From Lytechinus pictus (taxonomy: Eukaryota), in NCBI RefSeq assembly GCF_037042905.1, contig NC_087249.1, positions 8,992,001 to 9,056,000 of the forward strand: a DNA stretch of 64,000 nt. Reading direction: 5' to 3'. The notes under the pieces were generated by a model that saw only the letters and a program-made list of their open reading frames with translations, was not told where the DNA came from and did no database searches. The translations under genes and the position numbers were made by a program. Shown here one piece after another: positions 23,691-37,600 of this stretch (within the stretch, counting starts at the first letter, position 1; the number at the start of each line of letters is the position of its first letter).

Positions 23691-24303
23691 GATTTTTTAT
23701 AATCGTAAGATGGCTGCAGACAAAATACAAAGAGAGAGGTGATCTTGAAGCCATCTTGTTGTGGGTGGTTACCTTGGCGAAGGAGGAAGTTTAAAAAAAA
23801 GAGAAGAGATTGAACAAATTTATATGACTCCTACATTAAGTCTGTTTAGCTAACAAGTGTCAGTTTCACATTATAGAGAATAAGTAAGTAGGTAAAAGAA
23901 ATGCTCATAATCTGGAATGGAATGGAAAGTAAACTAAAAAATAAAAAAAAATCCATATCCTGGTTCTAAAAACAGTTGAGAATGGTGGAAGAACGATGGT
24001 TGAAATGCGTCATCCCGTGCCGAAGCTCTTGAATTAATCTTGGCATTTTAAGTGCATTATGTTGCCTGACTGTCTGCATTTCTACCTTGCTGTATAAAAG
24101 TGATGGTGATTATATTTGAAAGTGAACAGAGTACTATGAATGGAACAGTCGTGAAAGATGGCTCAAGAATATTTGGTCAGCTATAGCATTTATTCTGAAG
24201 GATTTGATTCATATAATCGTAGAATTATTTCATGACTCATCATCATGATGGTCATCTTTATTTTCATGCATTGACCATGTTTATTTGCCATTTCTTTTTC
24301 TTG

Positions 24304-24304
<1 letters not shown>

Positions 24305-24375
<71 letters not shown>
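24305..24375 (+). repeat. Compound microsatellite (TA)n(GA)n
   Basis: Directly visible. Confidence 0.95.
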
Positions 24376-24378
<3 letters not shown>

Positions 24379-26079
24379 CTGTTAGGAAGAGAGCAGGAAA
24401 GAAAAACACGGGGGCTTAGGGGATACGCCCCTGAAACACAAAAACGGTCCTTATCCTTAATACTGCCCACTATGCCTCCCAGCATGGTGGGCGGCAATGA
24501 AGTATCTCATTCTCAGATCTTGGTGATTTTTGGTCCTGGTTAGTTAGTTGGTAGACATTCTGGGATTAAATTATGCTTTTATTTGTAAGTGTGCATGCAG
24601 TTAAATGAAGAAAAATTATCTGTAGACATGGGCTAGCATGGGAGTGCATGTACAGTGTATGTCCTTAGAGCGTCGTATCTGAGTTTGGTTATTTTTGTCC
24701 TTTCCTGCTCACGACTAATTTCCAAAATGACTGGCTGAATGATGACTATATTGTGTTTCGTGGGATTACTCCATTTCGTCCGCGGGTTAATCGTCCCAAC
24801 CATGTGTGTACAAGACCTTAACCTCTGTCTCTCTCTCTTTCTCTCTCCACGACACATCCAGTTAGCAAACCTGTTCATCTCCTGATACACCCCTAATGAA
24901 TTTATCAACCGAATACCTTGTCTGTGTAGAGCGTGACTCACATCACGCAATCCTCCCCGGCCCGACCTCGAAACCCGCATTCTTGTGCTCGCAAAGAATC
25001 GTTAATTACTTGCCTCTCGTCCATAATTGTTGGTTTTAGTCATTTTCAGCATGCTGATATAACAACATGGCATTCATTGGACATGGTTTTGTTTCAAAGC
25101 CAATGACTCCAATTTCCATTGGGTGTCATTGTGTAACATTTGTGTTGATTGAACGTCCATGGCAAGTGTCACAAAATGACAAATCAAACCCTTATATACT
25201 GTAGGAAATATAGGAAACAATGAAAGTGCGTTGCTTCTAACATTTGGCCATTTCTTCTTTCTCGGCTGTTGATTTGATTTCAGGTCAACATTTCAGTATT
25301 TTGAGTAGGTCGACATCTAAAGTAGATGCAGAGTGGCACAGTTAACATGAAATACTCCCGTTTCAGTCAGTCTACACAAATACTTTTCAGGTCAAACGGC
25401 CGTATGGTGTGTTGTGGGTGGGCTTGAAATGCAAGGGAATCGATTCTAATGGCAAACACAAAAAATAATTCAAACGCTCTTGCAGTAACCATGCACTTTG
25501 TTTGTGTTTTCCTATTCATATTTGTGATTCTTCATGAAATCACTTGAATAACGTACTCTTGCCTGACTGGAGCATGTATGCAGAAACTAATCAGGTCGTA
25601 GAATCACATCAATCCAGATAGGTTAACGAGTCAAATGGAATAATGGATCATATCACAATGTTTTTCTTCTGCAGGGCAAAGAAATATGATAGAAATGATC
25701 AATTGCATGCTTGAAAAATGATGATTGAATCATGTAAGACGATCACAGACGTGTCAGGCTTGGGAATTTTCTTCCTTTTGGTGATGATTAAAGCTTTGAT
25801 GGATCTCTTTATGTGTACTATAACCACTGGGGGCGACCTACAATGTATCAGCCACTACAAGATCTGATAGCCTTTTGATACTCACTACTTTAATGGGGGG
25901 GGGGGGAGAATGGTCATCATAGAAAAGCAATGAAATCACCAAAATTTGTTCAATTGTGCATTAACCTGTCTCAAAGCAAATTTTTAAAAATATTTTGAAA
26001 TTAGTGAAAACTTGACTCTACATGAGACTCCCCTCCCCCAACCCTTGCACTTGTTTCATCTTCTTTTTCACTTTTTCTA

Positions 26080-26370
26080 GATATTTATTTGTTTATTTAT
26101 TTATTTGTTCATTTACTTCTTTTATTTATTTATTTATTTCATTATTTATTTATTTTCTTTATTTATTTCTTTATTTATTTATTCAGTTATTTATTTATTT
26201 ATTTATTTATTCATATTCCACAAATCCTCAAAGTACATTTCATAATAAATCATTTACAATGAAGAAATACATCAACTGCGTAACATATGCAGGGTTGAAA
26301 CGTACCAATGAAATGAAAAAAGTGGGCGGGCCTACTGAAAAGCAAAGCTTGTAAGATGTAGACCCCCTAT
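26080..26370 (-). mobile_element. Probable LINE 3' UTR remnant with expanded (TAAA)n tail
   Basis: (TTTA)n at 26080-26212 abuts a segment reading TACAAGCTTTGCTTTTCAGTAGGCCC on the minus strand, resembling CR1/L2 3' UTR ends. Confidence 0.45.
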
Positions 26371-26659
26371 CAAAATTTTTTACAAGGGTAATGTGATATA
26401 AGTATAGTAGAAATAATCAGCAAAATTCTATAAATTTATATAGATATAAATATTGTAACATGAATGTATATACACTTTATAAAAATTTGCACAAAATTTG
26501 ACTTTAAAATACACAATTTGCTCTACAGAATGCTGACTGGTAGTCTACAGTGCAAAGCCAGTTTCTATGATTTTCAAGCCATTTACCTGTTCAGTGAAAT
26601 GGACACTTAATTTTTTGTCCTATTGTGATTTATTCTAGCTTGAATTTGCAACACACCTG

Positions 26660-26836
26660 GAGGGTGTTTCATAAAGCTGTTCGTAAGTTAAGAGTGACTT
26701 AAGAACGACTGGTGAACCTTTCTTATGCGCTAAATAATCACCAATGAACATTTAATGTTGAATATCATTTACCACAAGAAAGGATCACCAGTCGTTCTTA
26801 AAGTCACTCCTACGAACAGCTTTATGAAATGCCCCC
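26660..26836 (-). mobile_element. MITE, TGTTTCATAAAGCTGTT family (copy 2, inverted relative to 16145)
   Basis: TIR GGGTGTTTCATAAAGCTGTTCGTA / TACGAACAGCTTTATGAAATGCCC; the internal sequence matches copy 1. Confidence 0.9.
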
Positions 26837-26892
26837 GTGTTCATTTAAGCAATTTTAATGCTTTCATGAGATTATGGAAACAGTTTATTTAT

Positions 26893-27178
26893 GTGGAGCG
26901 TTGTGGCTCAGTGGATTAGTCTTCTGACTATGAAACAGAAGGTTGTGAGTTCGAATCCCAGCCATGGCATAATTTCATTCAGCAAGAAATTCATCCACAT
27001 TGTGCTGCACTCAACCCAGGTGAGATGAATGGGTACCTGACAGAAATGCCACTGCGCTGTAAAAGGCTGCAGGGCTAAAGCCAGGGTAATAATATCCAAG
27101 TCCTTTGGAAGTGCATAGGGACGTTATGACATAATGTAATATGCGCTATAAAAGAACTGCGTTATCATTTTTATTATT
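26893..27178 (+). mobile_element. tRNA-derived SINE (head H1, tail B)
   Basis: A/B boxes and the shared core; tail ATCCAAGTCCTTTGGAAG...GCGCTATAAAAGAACTGCGTTAT. Confidence 0.9.
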
Positions 27179-29254
27179 TCCAGCAGCAATATGATATTGC
27201 TATTATCCAATCCATAATATTAGCAAAGTGATTCGATATACTAATTGTTTGCTTTAGGAGAAGTAGGCCTATATTGTTGAGCGAGTGAGATTGCAATCAT
27301 ACTACTCAAACAAATATTTATATCGATATGAGTGAGATATTTAAGCAGTGCAGTGTTTAAACAACTGAAAAATCCAGTCATTTTGTACGAATCTTTAAAC
27401 GAAAGTAAACTTCATGGACCGATGTACTGTCTGCCGGCTGTGTGGTTTTGAAGCAGTTGTGTATCATCGTTTGGCAAGCCATTAAGAAATATATGTATCT
27501 ACTTCAAAGATCAAAGGTCTATATTTGAAATTGAGCAATTCGAGGATATGAACATGCGAACCGCCCAAAACTAACAAGCGTAACCGAAGAAGGTAGAAAA
27601 GAGAGAGAGAGAAAAAAAATGAGTGTTTGTATTTAAATTACAATGTACACCGCAGCCGAAGTGTCGTGCATACAAGAGGCGCGAACTGTCTTGCTTTGGA
27701 GGTTTATGTTTTATAGATGACTTTTTGACAATGATTTGGATCGAATTTGAGGTAATGTAAATGGTAACCGATTGTAAACTTTCCCAGCCCTGTTGATTCG
27801 AGGTACGTGATGGGGTTTTCGTAATGTCCTTGTATTCATATTCCATCAAACTTCCTCCTCTTTCTTAATTCGAATCCAAGCGCAACATATATGCGGCATA
27901 GAACATTTATGTACATGATGTATGTTTTAGTGTACATTGGTGTGTGCATGGTTGTGTGCATTGTAGTATGCCATTGTGTCGGATGTTACGACGCACTAAA
28001 AATCAATCTCTGTGCACATTTTCTTTCATGATTATGAGCCACCGTAACACATTGGATACATTCAGCCCATGAATGTATTGATTTTTTTAATGTTGTCATG
28101 CACATTCTGCCAAACTAATCATTCTCGACATCTGTCAAATCGTGATAGATGTGTAACAGGATTTTACGTCGTTAATTACCTACTGTGAATCTCTTACCAG
28201 TTGTATCAATTCAGGGGGGGGGGGATGCTGTGAATAAATATACGTACATCATGGGCTCTCCTGGTGCATTATATTTTCTTTCCCCATAAATTAGGAAATT
28301 TGAATGATGTCATTGGCGACTGGTACATTGCCCCGCATTAATTAAAAGAACCGTTCTCTCGCAATGCATGTTTGCACATTATCCATCATGGTATTCTTAT
28401 TCTACCAGTCTGAACTGCCCCCCCCCCTCCCCGCCCGCCCGCCTACCATGCTTCATTCTTTGATACATATGTAGTGTACCCATGTCAGCATCCCGTCTCC
28501 TCTCTGAGGGGGCCTAACACGCGCCCATCCACCACTCACCTTGCCCCTCAACAAGCGGGGATGACTCAAGCCTTGGGCCATGTAAGGCGATACGTCTCAT
28601 AAATTATTTGGATTGCCTCGTGACTAATATGTTTGCGCCATTCCAAAAACGGGACATTTGTATGAATTCCAGTATCCACCACAATTATGGATTCCACACC
28701 CGGCCATCTTCCACCAGTAAATTATGCCACGCATATATGCTGATAAATGGCCTGTCCCAATTCATGGTAGTTTTGTATTCAGGCTCATTGTAACAATGGT
28801 AGCATCTATTGTTTTACATGTAGACCTATGGAGAACACTGGATAAAAAAGATGCTCTTTGGTACTCTATATTTGGATAATATTGTCATTAATATTATAAA
28901 ATATACATGTATGCCCTGAAGTGCCTTTTCAGGCTAACAACTTAGTATGGTGCACCAATATAATGCTGTATTACTTTTATTATCAACTTTTGAAATATGA
29001 CTTGATCCTATTTTTAACTGCAGATTTTGTAATGACTTTTAAAAAAAAGTAAGACTACACTCTTGGTGATTGCCGGTTGGATTATTTGAGGTTGAATTAT
29101 ATTTCAGATTATCTAATTATAAATGTCTAGATTTGAATTTTAATATGTAATTCAATATCAGGTTTTAAATTCTTTCATTTAACCTACCACTTAACAATGG
29201 CCGGGTTTTTGTGTTTTATTTCCTAGACAAGAAATATCTTGAATAGTGAATCAA

Positions 29255-29415
29255 ACGGTAAATTGCCATTTCGTCTACTGCCATTCCGTCCCTCAACATT
29301 TCGTCCAATAACCATTTGATCCAATTATCACTTCGTCTAATCATCATTTCGTCTATAATCTTTTGTCTCATAACAACTTGGTCTAATATCCATTTCATTT
29401 CATTCATTTTGCACA
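29255..29415 (+). repeat. Degenerate ~15-bp minisatellite (CCATTTCGTCTAAT-like)
   Basis: CATTTCGTC/CACTTCGTC/CTTGGTC units recur at ~15-16 bp spacing. Confidence 0.7.
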
Positions 29416-30511
29416 ATTAAGACTTTGTCCATGGAAATCAATAACCAGATGTTTCATGAAACACCTTTTAATATCGCGTATGGAGAGGTCACTTTTATTA
29501 TCATTATAAGTGTCATAGGGTGTTCAAATTTATTATTAGACCTTGTATGGTTTTGATTCAGTACTTTCTTGAAAGTATTCTTTTATTTTTGCATTGGTTA
29601 GTCAAATTGAAAGGTAGGCATGTATATTTTTGTAGAGATTCTGCTTGTTTTGAAATTTGTTTTATTTCATAATGAATTTGTTTAATGTCACATGAGATTC
29701 TGTATGAGTTTTGCAGTTTAAAATGCTATCTTTGTATAGAATCTTTTAAAGCAACAATAAATCATAAGATAAGAGAGAAGAAAGTATTACTGTGAGAAAG
29801 AACGGGGGAGTGTGTGATAACGAAAGAGAAATTAGAGAAAAAGAGTCGAGCGATGAAAAACAACAGAGGAAGAAAAACATTTTCCAACGTTCTTGTTTGC
29901 ATTAATCAATAAATGGGACACGGGCCAGCAATAAAGAGCTTCCCTTCGTAAACAGAATGCTTTCCTCTCCCGTTTCCCCTCACGCGAATCTCATCATAAC
30001 CGACCGGGGATGCCAGGACCTTTCCGCCATATTTGAAGAAAAAGAAAGAAGAAAAAAAAATCCAGTAGACGTTATTAGAGGGACCTGGTGATCCCAGGCA
30101 ACTTGATTGAATGTAGTCGACCTTTCATGTTGGGAAGTAGAACGAAAGAAGATTTAAAGGTAATGTTCACTTTCAGAAAAAGACAAACATGCGTTGATTC
30201 CTTGTGCATGATATACTTTCTTATTGGATGTTTAAGTAACTCACTAGTGGATACGAATGGAATGGAGGATGATTTCCATATTTAAAAAAAAGCATCAGTC
30301 AAATGTAACTTAATTCTGATGTACATACTACATAGTAGACTGTGAAGATTGTGCATTAGTTTTCGCAAGTAACAGATTCAAAGCAATTAATTAATACATT
30401 AAAGGTTCAGCGTGTGATGGAAAATTACACATTCAGGAATACAAGGGACTAAATTATTAATTTGATGTTGTAGAATTTTAATAGAATATGCTCAATCTTG
30501 AATTTAATAGG

Positions 30512-30804
30512 ATAATATAATAATAATAACGCAGTTCTTGTATAGCGCATATCACATTATGTTATAACGTCCCTATGCGCTTCCAAAGGACTTGGATTGT
30601 ATAACCCTGGCTTTAGCTCCGCAGCCTTTTACAGTGCGGTGGCATTTTAAGGAATTAATTCCTGCCAGGTGCCATTCACCTCACCTGGGTTGAGTGCAGC
30701 ACATCGTGGATGAATTTCTTGCTGAAGGAAATTACGCCATGGCTGGGATTTGAACCCACGTTTCAAAGTTTAGAAGACTAATCCACTGGGCCAAAACGCT
30801 CCGC
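30512..30804 (-). mobile_element. tRNA-derived SINE (head H1, tail B)
   Basis: Reverse complement of the 26893 copy, including tail B and the (ATT)n end. Confidence 0.9.
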
Positions 30805-31311
30805 AATTTCATTATTGACAGCATAATTCATGACTGGACATTTTTTTAAACATTTTTATGCTTACGCAGTGTCTTCTTTTTGTTGAAAGAATGCAAATGA
30901 CTGAAAAGCGAATGAAAATCTCAACCATTCTGTGGCATGGATTTTATATCTTTGTATATAGGGAAAAACATGAATTGTGGAGATAGAAATGAAGAGAGAG
31001 AGAGGGGGGGGGGATAGACAGTAGATGAACAATGTTGGGGGGGGGGGGGTTATCATGTAACCAACGCTAGAATGGTATGGAGGTAGGCGACCTGGGAGAC
31101 CTCTGCGTTCCATCCCTTATAAGTCATTTTTCTAGGGTGCTTTTAGATCTTAGCACATTTTTCCCAGTTTGAGTTGGACCAGTGCCCAATGAAAGAACTT
31201 AAAGGGATGTACCAACATTGTCAAAAGTAGACAAATTTGCCCTTGATGGAATAAGAAGTACTATATACTGTTTAATCTTTTCATAGTTTAACAGTACCTG
31301 AACATTTTAAA

Positions 31312-31600
31312 GTGGAGCCTTGTGGCCCAGTGGATTAGTCGTCTGACTTTGAAACAGAGGGTCGTGGGTTCGAATCCCAGCCATGGCGTAATTTCCTTCA
31401 GCAAGAAAATTATCCACATTGTGTTGCACTCAACCCAGGTGAGGTGAATGGGTACCCGGTAGGAAGAAATTCCTTGAACGCTTGAGCGCCTAGGCAGCCC
31501 AGCTACAGCCGGGGTAATAATAGTAGGGCCCGCTGGGAGAACAGTTTTCAGAACTGAAGTGGCTTCCCTGGGTAAATATACCTATATTTTTATTATTATT
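31312..31600 (+). mobile_element. tRNA-derived SINE (head H1, tail A)
   Basis: B-box GGTTCGAATCCC and the core; tail AGGGCCCGCTGGGAGAACAGTTTTCAGAACTGAAGTGGC as in the 4580 copy. Confidence 0.9.
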
Positions 31601-33811
31601 AAGTCATTCACTAAAACAAAAAGCATGAAAAGGTGAAGGTCACCTTCCACTTGGTCTGAGTGTGCCTAATGAGTGTGCCTAGGCACACACCTCTGGTTTT
31701 CACAATCCGCTTTAATAGTGCATAACGCAGAGTCTGAAGTATTGAGACTAGAGTACTGCGGCTGGCTCTACCAAGGCACAGACAGAGCCGTTGGCATTTA
31801 GTCTTTGCTAGTAGACATGGTATGATTGGTTAAAGTGTCAAATATGGGTCTGTGCTTGGGAGACTAGAGTGTGCCTACCAAAACAATTGTTATTGTTATG
31901 GTATTATGTCATCAGTATCTATTATGGATATTAATTTTATTTATTTAGTATTTATTCGGCACCACATATTCAAGATTACAAAGCAATATCAAACTACATA
32001 AAATGGCATAAAAATTATACAGGTACATGCAATGTTTGATAGCAGTTTGCCCAGTGCATCAGTTGGTGGCCAGGGAAGAGGAGAGCAAACCTGATGGTGC
32101 ACTGGGAATACTGGTAAAATATAGAATGGATTAAGAAAAAATATATATATATATAAAAATATAGCATGCATGAAGAAAAATACAATGACAATGAGGGAAT
32201 TATGATACATAATAAAGGCAAAAATAAATAATACGCCTTTATAACAAAGAAAAAAAAAGATATATTCAAGAAAGAAAATCATAAAATTTGAAATATGATG
32301 TTATAAAACAAAATGTGAAATCGTGCGAAGTATATCATAATATTATATTAATGTCCACCTACAGTAATAGTCTAATGCCTTTGATGATACCTATCTGAAA
32401 AAAAAATGAATTACAGTTTAACAGTAGCTGGAATGGCAACTTTGAACTTTGTCTTTGAAGTAACTTGGCAGGCAGTAAGGAACTGTTGGCCAGGTTTTTT
32501 TTGTGGCATGCCGACTTGTTGATCTGCAATTTTGTAATTGTAGATTCTGATTTGCAATTCCTTTGTGAGGTGGGTCTTTTGCCTTTAAGATTATTGTCAG
32601 TTGTTACCATAATCTTAGGGTCTATTCAGATCTGAAATAATTAATATAAACCGACTCTCTGAAAGAATGAAATCTAGACTGAAACAAATGACACCAATAT
32701 GCACATGTAAACAAATGTAATTGTTATTGCATGAATCCTACTAGAACATGGTTATTGCTAGGAAAAAGACCCCTGTACCCGACAGAGTGCCTTGCTTTTT
32801 TGCTGATTTATCTACAGTTACTCTTTTTTTATCGGAATTGTTTGTCACATTACATAATTTTGTTATATGATATTTATTTTGCAGAAACATTGATGGGCAT
32901 GTAGTTGGATTCTGTTCCAATTGATCTTATTGCTGATCCATCTGGAACTAAAAGTTTAATCTATTTAACACAAGATTAAACTCTGAAAGTGTAACATTGC
33001 ATAAATCACTTTTCCATTCTTTGAGCATGATTACTCTCTATAATAATGAAAGAAAAAAATTTACTCAACAGTTTGCAACTTTGCATTCCATCATATTTCT
33101 ACGAAATTCATATTTTGGGTAAATGCCAAACTTTGGGGGAAAAAGACTCCAGCCTGGTATTTTTCAGGCCAATAGCTTTCTATTTTTAGGAAGAAACTAT
33201 TGTACAAATTGCATGAAAATGATGAATTCTCTCTTCCATTTCATATCGCTTCACAAATATTTGTAGCGTACCCATTTGGCATTAAGCAAACAAAGGAACA
33301 GTGCTGAAGCTTTTGGTTTGTATTGTCATTGAATCAAATCGAAATGAATTATATTGTCTACTAGTTTGATTAAAATATTATTGTAGGAGCATGCATAGAT
33401 AGCCATCTGGTATGGCGCTATAACACGTGGGCTAAAATTTATATAATTACTCTACCAAATTGTTTCAAAACAACTGTTTCAAACAACCAACTGAAACCAA
33501 CTGTTTAAAAAAAAAAAAAATGAAGAGTTATGCAAGCAAGTGGAGGGTCAAGGGTGGGTTACTTCTTGAGATGAAAATTTGAAGTTACAGTCACCCATTA
33601 CTGCCTTGTAAAAAAATATGATTTCTATAGGGCCTACTCTGAAGGCATATATTACAATAGCCTGACATAACTTTCTGCAGTTGGTCTTTGTGAGTTGGCT
33701 TCCGTGCAAGCACATATATTAACAAAGTTGTAGATTTGTTCAGGAGAAGGCGATAGGTTTGCTCCAGAAATAATTTTGTGCATAAATATTGTATAAAAAG
33801 TATTCAGAATA

Positions 33812-34011
33812 GGTTCCATGAGATTTTCTCCGGCGACAATTGCTCCGCTGTAAATTCCACACACTAATGGAATGACCAACTTCAACCTTAACACTATACC
33901 CTATCCTAAACCTAACCCTTAACCTAACATAAAACCCAACCATAACCCTAACCCTACATCTTAGACGAAATTAAGCCCCTGAATTGTCGCAGGAGCAAAT
34001 GTTGTGTCATC
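33812..34011 (-). mobile_element. MITE with telomere-like core (second copy)
   Basis: Reverse complement of 23485-23690; (CCCTAA)-like hexamers between inverted repeats. Confidence 0.8.
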
Positions 34012-34654
34012 TCTGAATCATCCAATATATTTTTGTCTCGCCTGCATAGCAGAGCGAGACTATAGACGCCGCTTTTCCGACGGCGAAAGCAGTGGCGTCG
34101 TCGTCAACATTGAAATCTTAACCAAGGTTAAGTTTTTGAAATGTCATCGTAACTTAGAAAGTATATGGACCTAGTTCATGAAACTTAAAGGATAATCAAG
34201 TATTACTGAACATCTTGCCTTAGTTTTAGGTCACATGACTAAGGTCAAAGGTCATCAAAATCGGATGTAAAATAAGAAAGTTGTGACATTTTAAAGTTCT
34301 GTCTATTTTTCACAAAGTAGTTATATGCACAGGTTAGTCACATGCAAATGAGAGTATTGCTGATGTCCTTCACTCACTATTTCTTTAGTTTTTTATTGTT
34401 TGAATTATACATTATTTCAATTTTTACAGATTTGACAATAAGGACCAACTTGACTGAACAATAAAATGTTAAACAATGGTAAATCCACATGTTCAGGGAG
34501 AAATAAAACTTTGTTTCACAGGGCAATGAGGAGAAAATTAAAATATTCCATATTTCATATAATAAAATACAAAAGAAATAGTGAGTGAGTGATGTCATCA
34601 GTTCCCTCATTTGCATACCAACCGGGATGCATATAACTATTTTGTGAAATTAAG

Positions 34655-37600
34655 TTCATAATAAGGTTCATAAGGTAGTATTTATTGTCCAGATAAATAA
34701 ATAAGTGGAAATTTGCATTTTTACATGGTATTGAACATACATAGCATAGCATAGAAAATGAACATATTTACAGAAAATCAAACAATCACAGATAGTCAAT
34801 TATGATATACACGTGCAAATGCTACCCCCTGGGTAGCATTTGAAAAAAATACTGTTATTGACATTAAAATTAAGATTGAAATGGAAATCTGAACTGAAAG
34901 TTAGATATCGGAAATTGAATTGAAATTACATTAGAATTGTAATAAATCAGTACTATAAATATTCACAGCATTGTCCACTTGTAATTGTTATTGTTATCAG
35001 TATTTACATATTATTTTTATTTTCAATTTTGTTGTTTTAAGGAATTAACATCAACTACCCGACAAGGTAAATTTACATTATTAGGCATATTATTATTCTT
35101 ACATAATCCCTTCCTCATTCAGCATTCGGATTGAGCTTGGCACGAATGAGTTTAAGAACCTATTTGTTCGACAACGTGCTGACCGTAGTCTATTACCAGA
35201 TCTCATCCTTTCGTAGTTTACATTCAATGGGTGATCATTATTGTATAGTATTTCTTTTGCCTTTTCAAGTATTCTGTTTCGACATACATCAGTGAGGTTT
35301 AGGTCGTGTCCAGTTATTTTTTCTGCTTGTCTGACCATTCTACATAGTATATTCAGATCTTTTTTGCGACAGCTTGTGAACCAAACCACACAATCAAATA
35401 TGAGGATGCTTTCAATAAGTGATCTATAGAATAAAACCATTATGGTGCGGTCAACATGGAATGACTTCAATTTTCTTATGAAATACATCCTTTGTATTGC
35501 CTTCTTGTAAATTGAATTGCATTGATCTCCCCATTTTAATCCATCGTCAATAATGGTACCTAAGTATTTGAACTTATGAACTATTTCGATTTCCTCTTCA
35601 TTGATTCTAACACGACAATCACTTGGTTCTACTTGTTTATTATTTCTAAAGTCAAATATCATTTCTCTGGTTTTTGTTGCATTGAGATCTAAGAAATTGT
35701 CATTACACCAGTCGGTAAACCATTTTACACAGTTTAGATACTCAAGTTCACATTCCTTAATTAGACCAACTATAACTGTGTCATCTGCGTATTTAAGAAT
35801 AGAGACATTTTGAGAAAGGTAACGACAGTCATTGGTATATAGAACAAATAGGATTGCAGAGAGCACACAGCCTTGGGGTGAACCTGTATTCGTTACTATG
35901 GGATCGCTCAAAGCATCTTGGACGCGCACGCGCTGGATTCTATTCCGAAGAAAGTCAGTTAGCCATAAAATTAGGGACGGTTTCACATCCAGACATTTCA
36001 GCTTCTCGACAAGTCGATGGGGTTGAATAGTGTTAAATGCGGACGAAAAGTCAACAAACAAAGTGCGAGCGTACGATTTCTTTTCATCTGTGTGCTTGCA
36101 GAGAATATGTGTCAAATAAAGAATCGCATCTTGAACGGACTTCTTTGGCTGATAGGCGTACTGATGGGGGTCAACCAGGTGCTTTATGGGTTGGAGAATA
36201 TACTTCAGTATAATTCGTTCTAGGCACTTCATCGCTATTGAAGTCAATGCTACCGGACGATAGTCGTTATGTTCAGAGGGGCGGGGCTTTTTGGCTACAG
36301 GGATAACAATAGAAGACTTCCAGCAAAGGGGTATCACTTGTTTATCTAACGACATTTGGAACAAAACGCAAAACGGCAATGCCAGTTCTCTCGAGCAATT
36401 ACGTAGTACCTTTCCGGTAATTAGATCGGGCCCGGATGCCTTCCTTGGATTGATTCTATTGAATTGGACTAATACATCTCTTTCTTTAATCTTAACAGTA
36501 TCATCTCGAGAGTCAGTTAATTCAGCTATCTGTCCGTCTATTATATCACTGAAGTTATGGGTATCAAACCGTCCGTAGAACCTATTAAGTTCATTTGCAA
36601 TCTTAAAAGGGTCATCAACATTCGCGAGTGATTGATCTCTTTTGGGAACATAGTCGGTCATTGATTGCAAACACTGCCACGCTGCTCGCGGATTATTATT
36701 TTGAAAGTGATTTTCGAGCTTTCTTCGGTAGTCTCGTTTCGCTCTGTTTATTTCCTGACGCAGTCTAGCGTGAAACGACTTTACGATTAGTCGATCACCG
36801 GCATCGAATGCTTCCTTTCTTGCTTTGATGATTCCTTTAATATCTTTAGTAATCCAGGGTTTACTATTTGGGTACACCTTAATCGTTTTACTTTGTATAT
36901 GTAAATCCTGACAAAAGACGATGTAGTCATTAACGGCACTTGTAATTTCGTTTATGTCGTCCGAAGCTTCAAAGAACACATTCCAATCAGTTATTTGAAA
37001 GCACGTTTTGAGGTTGTCAATTGTTTCATTATTCCACACTTGTACCACTCGTTTCTGTACTTTTTGCGTTTTAAGTTTCTGCCGATATTTTGGTAGCAAG
37101 TGTATTACGTTATGATCCGAAAGTCCTATTCCAGGTCGAACTACGGTCTTATAGGAATCTTTAACAGAACAATAACATCTATCCAATATATTCCCTTCTC
37201 GTGTCGGCTTGTCAATTACTTGACAATAGTTCGGCAACATAGCTTCCAGTCTACAGTGATTAAAATCACCGAGTACAATTTTGGGGGAGTCCGGTGATTC
37301 AGCTTCCATCTCCCTAACTTTATTTTGAATAAGCTGTTCTGCTTCATTTTGATTAGCATCGGGAGCAATGTAGACCAGAAATAAATGAACTTGGGGAAAT
37401 TCTCTGGGCAAGTAGAACGGGCGAAGTGACACACATAGCATTTCCAGATTTTCGTTGCATATAGAATTTTTAATTGTAAAGTTCGTACACCATCTATCAT
37501 TTACATAGAGACATATCCCACCACCGCGTCTTTTCTTGGTTTGTTGAAATGAACGATCCAATCTCGCTACATTAAAACCATCTATTCGTATACAATCGTC

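Noticed and set aside
26022..26354. Hydrophobic 110-aa ORF
   Set aside because: Translation of a (TTTA)n microsatellite.
29255..29415. CRISPR-like array
   Set aside because: Degenerate adjacent ~15-bp units with no unique spacers and no cas genes, in a eukaryotic context.
35241..37500. Short ORFs overlapping the LINE ORF
   Set aside because: Antisense or out-of-frame by-products of the RT ORF with no independent signal.
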